From: the human T2T-CHM13v2.0 reference genome, Homo sapiens
DNA length: 64,000 nucleotides
Assembly (NCBI RefSeq): GCF_009914755.1
Contig: NC_060935.1
Strand: one strand, 5' to 3'
The notes below the pieces were generated by a model. It was given only the letters and a program-made list of their open reading frames with translations. It was not told the DNA's origin and did not search any database. Every line of letters starts with the position of its first letter. The stretch's first letter is position 1. The position numbers and the translations under genes were made by a program. Below are positions 58,609 to 64,000 of the stretch, one piece after another.

Positions 58609-59665
58609 TCAGGGGCCTTGCCAGGTGGGCGAGACACCTCAGGGGTGGGTATGCTGGGGGGCAGTGGCCGTCCATCCCCCATCTGGCTAGCCACTCAGCT
58701 ACCATGTCCAATAGAGCCCAGTGGAGATGAGGAAGGCGAGCAGTGCCCTTAGGTAGCAGGGACCCAGAGCCCCGGTTCCAAGTCTGACTGTGAGACTCGC
58801 TCACTGTGTGGCCCTGCTGAGCCCCTCTCCCTGCCCAGGCCAGCGTCCCCGCCATGAGGGCCAGGCTCCTCCTCCCCTCAGATGGATTCTGCTTCTCTCA
58901 GCAACCCATGGGCAGAAAGGGCCACACGGGGAGTTCACAGAGGGCGAGGCAGCTGGGGTGGGGTGGGGGCCATCAGAGAAGGACTTCTCCGCAGAGGTGG
59001 TGCTTCAGCTGGGTCTTGAAGATGGGTAGGGTGTGAGCCAGGGTGGAGACAGGGCAAAAAGCTTCAGGTAAGTGGGAGGCTGTGCAGGGGCTGCTGAAGA
59101 GAGCTGAGTCTGTGCTGGGAGTGGCGGCTGCTCTAGACGTAGGCCAAAGCCCCACTGAAGGACCACACTGGCAAGAGGGCAAGATGGCATCCCCATAGCC
59201 AGGGCTCTGCTGGAGCAGAGTAGCCTAGAGGCGTCCACGATGACTGTGCAGCAGGAGTGACCAGATGCCCTGGGACCCCTGACTTGGAGGGGCACATGGG
59301 TCTAACCCAGCTCACCACCCTGGTCTCTCCTCAGGGACACCCCATCTGACTGAAGGCATTACGTCAGAAGCTGCCACCTCTTGCAGGAAGCCTTCCCAGG
59401 TTGCCCTCCCCCAGGCATGGTAGCAGAGCCCAGCACTGCCTGAGTGAGCTGGCCTAGTGGTCCATCTTATTCTCTCAGTCACCCCTGGGTAGGGTTGGGA
59501 GTAAGGAGGCAGCTTCCCTGACAAGTCAAGCACCTGAGGACAGGCCCTGACAAGGCTATGGAGAGGGTAGCCTGAGCCTTGTCTTTGAACTGGGGGGACC
59601 AAGGAGGGTGTGGCCCCATCAGGCAAGATGCACTAGGAGCCCAGGGCTAGGAGGGCAGGTCCTCA

Positions 59666-59983
<318 letters not shown>

Positions 59984-60102
59984 TCAAAAGAGGCACATCT
60001 ACATTCTACGCACAAACAGGACTGAATCTCGGATATTCTAAAAGATTATCCTAGTCAAGCAGCACAGTGCTAAAAAGCACATTTATTTAAAGAATTACAG
60101 CC

Positions 60103-61043
<941 letters not shown>

Positions 61044-62442
61044 TGTCTCTAAACACATTTTAAAAAGAAAAAATTATAGCTACACATAAACCATAAATGA
61101 AGCTATTTGGGCACCCATATACCCACCATCTAGGCTCAACAATTAAAACTTTACTTGCTTGATCACATCCATCATATATAGGGTGTTTTGATTGTCCAAT
61201 TTTTACTTGCTTTTGCTCTATCCCCCATCCTTTCCAATGAGAGAGCTGTCATGCAGCAGATAGTGAACAAGCCTTGGAGTCGGACGACCGTGTTCCAGCC
61301 CCAGCTTTGCTGCTTGCTAACTTGCAAGTCACATCTCTCTGAGCCACTTCCTCCTCTACATACTGGGGCAGCAGCAACCCCAGCCCCACAGCGCTTCCTG
61401 AGAAGTAAACAAGTCTGTGAGTGCAAATGCCTCCCCAGCCATCCCTGCTGGTATTCGTTATGCAGACGCTGGCACCATCTGCAGTGGTTGGGATTTTCTA
61501 CTCTTTAGGGATTATATGTTACTCTGGTTCTAGATCACTTCACTTTACCATCAGGAATCTATGCCTCATAGCTCTGATTTTTTTGAAAAAATCAACAGTG
61601 GATATGAAAAATATCCAGTAACCAGAGAAAGCTTGATCTAATCATAGCATGTTCACCTATAGGACATTAAAAACTATTTCAAAGGCCATGTAGTAACATT
61701 TTAAAAATATTTTCAGTTGCAAGAAATACTGATTGGAATTATACATAAACAAATACACATATACATGTAAAATTATATCAGGTATAATTGCCCCAAGAAA
61801 TTACTTGCAGGGCCAGGAAAAAAAAAATGTGTATGTCTTTGAATGGGAGCATTTACTTCCTTTAGGTAAGTAAAGATGTTTCACTTCAGATCTCTCCACT
61901 TGCCTTAGCTGCCAACAAGCCTGGGACAAAGTTCGATCCATGCTCAACCATAGCAGTTCTCCTCAAACCTAGATGATTTTTTTGTGTGTAATTATTCTCT
62001 GCACTCCCACACACAACCCCTTTTTCCCAATGAGTTGGATTACCCCTTTATCAGACAAGAGCTGTGTACCTAGTGCCTTACCCACTTTGCCCTGGCTACC
62101 AGGAAGCCAAGAACAAAGTATTTCCCTTCAACCTAGGTTTCTTGTACAACGTAATTATTTCTTCTCACAACCCCAATCCCCTTACATTCATTAGCTATTG
62201 TTTTGTCACTCTAGTTTTAGTGGGTCTCTTCCTTGACTGTAGCATGCATTTTCTTGAAGCTAAATCAGGTGGATGGTTTCTAAAAGGCTCTTCGGGATCA
62301 TCTACTCTGAGTGGCAAGGAAGTCTGAGGCCCAGCCCTCTGCCAGGTGGAGAAGAGCCACCTGGACCTGTAACAGGACACCTAGAGCTTCTCTTTTTCCC
62401 ACCCAATCCCATACGCCCAAGGCCAGACTTGTGCCCACTTAC

Positions 62443-62515
62443 TCAGCCTCTTCCATGGCAACAGGGCACTTGTACTGAGCTGTGTTGAAAAGGCAGATGT
62501 CTGCATACTGGCGCA
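62443..62515 (-). CDS. ARRB1: ARRB1 exon 10 ([24 protein letters not shown]), 73 nt
   Basis: Protein match; cctag| ... |gtaagt. Confidence 0.97.
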
Positions 62516-62944
62516 CTAGGGAGGGAGAGGAATCAAGGTGGAGTGAGTCGGGAATGTAGCTCCCATGGAGTCTCACAGGCGTCCCCGGGTTGGGGATATT
62601 CAGCCCCAGGCAATGGCCAGAGGCCACCAGTGGGGACTTCTGCATAAGACCACCCCTGTCTTACATCCAAAGGGTAGCCCCAAACACACCCATTTCCTTC
62701 CATAACCAAAGCCTTCCCCTCAAGGACAGCTTTGTCCAGAACCCAAGAAACTGAAGAGGTGGCTTAAAGAGCAAACTCATTACCTAGCCAATAAGCAGCC
62801 TGCCTTACCCAACTCAAAAGCTTTGCCCTGTGGCTCAGAGCAGGCCCTGGGCTTCAGTGGCTATTTTTTATACAAGGCTGTTAACAAGGGGAGATACTTC
62901 AGCCACCCCCAGCCCTTGGGAAGATTGCCTCTCGCTGTCCCCTA

Positions 62945-63100
<156 letters not shown>

Positions 63101-63163
63101 CTAGGGAAAGGGGAGGGAGAAAAGCCCCCACGCGATCTTCTGGGGTTCCCCAGACCTTGCGCA

Positions 63164-63998
63164 GACCTTCAGAAGGGTCTGCTGCTCCCATCTGAAGTCC
63201 ATCACATCCCTCAGGTTCATGCCCCCTCTGCCACTCCTTTAGGCCCAAGAGGCTTCTCCGAATCCCCCAAGGCATTGTGACATTTGCCCCAAGTTCATCA
63301 GCCACTTCCCACTGCTGCTAAGGTGGCATGAAAGCCACCAAGCACATTAGCCTTCAGTTCCCTGGTGGGACCCTTGAAAGATAACGGAATTGGAAGGTGA
63401 TAGTCCTGGGCTCCAGCCCTGGCTTGGCCAGCAGTAATTGTGACAACAATAACAACAATAACATTGACGATGATGAAAGCAGTGTGACCGTGGGTAGGTT
63501 ATCTAAGCCTCAGGGTCTCCCTCTGTGCAACGAAGGGGTTGGACTAGGTGATGTCTGAAGTCCCTGCCAGCTCTAAATTCTGTCCACAGAAGGATCTGGA
63601 AGAAGCAGGGAAAGGTGAGGATGGGCTCACCAGCTCACTGAGGGAGCCAGCTCTGAATCCCTACAAAAAGACCTCAACTTGCATCTTGCCCCAAGGCACT
63701 TCCCTTCAGCCATGCCCCGAGAGAGAGGGGGTGCCCACACCTTGAGGAGGGGCCAGCCTAAGCTCACAGCAGTCAGCTGGGTTTGATTCAGAGTTTGAGG
63801 GGAGGCCCTTCCTTCTGCAGGGCTTGTCGCCCTGATGCTCAGTGTTTGGCAGGAAGGTCACGGCCCCCCACCGTGCCCCCTCTGCAATGCTGGTTGACCT
63901 TCAGCACTCGGCCTGAGGCAGGCAGCTGGTGGAGGTGTGGGGGAGATGTCCAGGACCTTCAGGAAGGTCTGCTCCTCACTTCGGAAGTCCATCACATC
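63164..63998. repeat. Direct-repeat pair of a 45-mer (63164-63208 and 63954-63998) in ARRB1 intron 8
   Basis: 39/45 ungapped identity, 790 bp apart. Confidence 0.85.
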
Positions 63999-64000
63999 TC

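Noticed and set aside
63164-63998. Intron 8 repeat read as a hidden coding exon (DVMDFRWEQQTLLKV / DVMDFRSEEQTFLKV), a C/D snoRNA (GTGATGG...CTGA) or a SECIS
   Set aside because: Both frames stop within ~45 codons and most differences are non-synonymous; C box imperfect with no proper terminal stem; no SECIS apical AA geometry

Overview
Human/primate genomic DNA, recognised from its encoded proteins as the TPBGL–ARRB1 locus (human 11q13, from recall). A CpG island (~26.1–28.0 kb) carries the intronless + strand gene TPBGL (382-aa LRR single-pass membrane protein, CDS 26657–27805). Converging on it from the right, on the − strand, are the last eight exons (9–16) of ARRB1 (beta-arrestin-1), including the 24-nt cassette exon 13 and a ~6-kb 3' UTR ending near 45.73 kb. 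The rest is rich in Alu, L1, MIR/L2/L3, MaLR LTR and Tigger-type repeats. Best leads: (1) a well-formed alternative 3' splice site in ARRB1 intron 15 that would replace the autoinhibitory/AP2-binding C-tail exactly after Asn382; (2) a ~280-bp multi-hairpin element downstream of TPBGL (46-bp inverted repeat, inner hairpin, GNRA hairpin); (3) a duplicated self-complementary 45-mer in ARRB1 intron 8; (4) two strong REST/RE1 sites upstream of TPBGL; (5) a tandem CTCF pair between the convergent genes; (6) − strand splice signals, including a 20-nt micro-exon, suggesting a spliced antisense RNA. Repeat boundaries and subfamilies were read by eye and are approximate.
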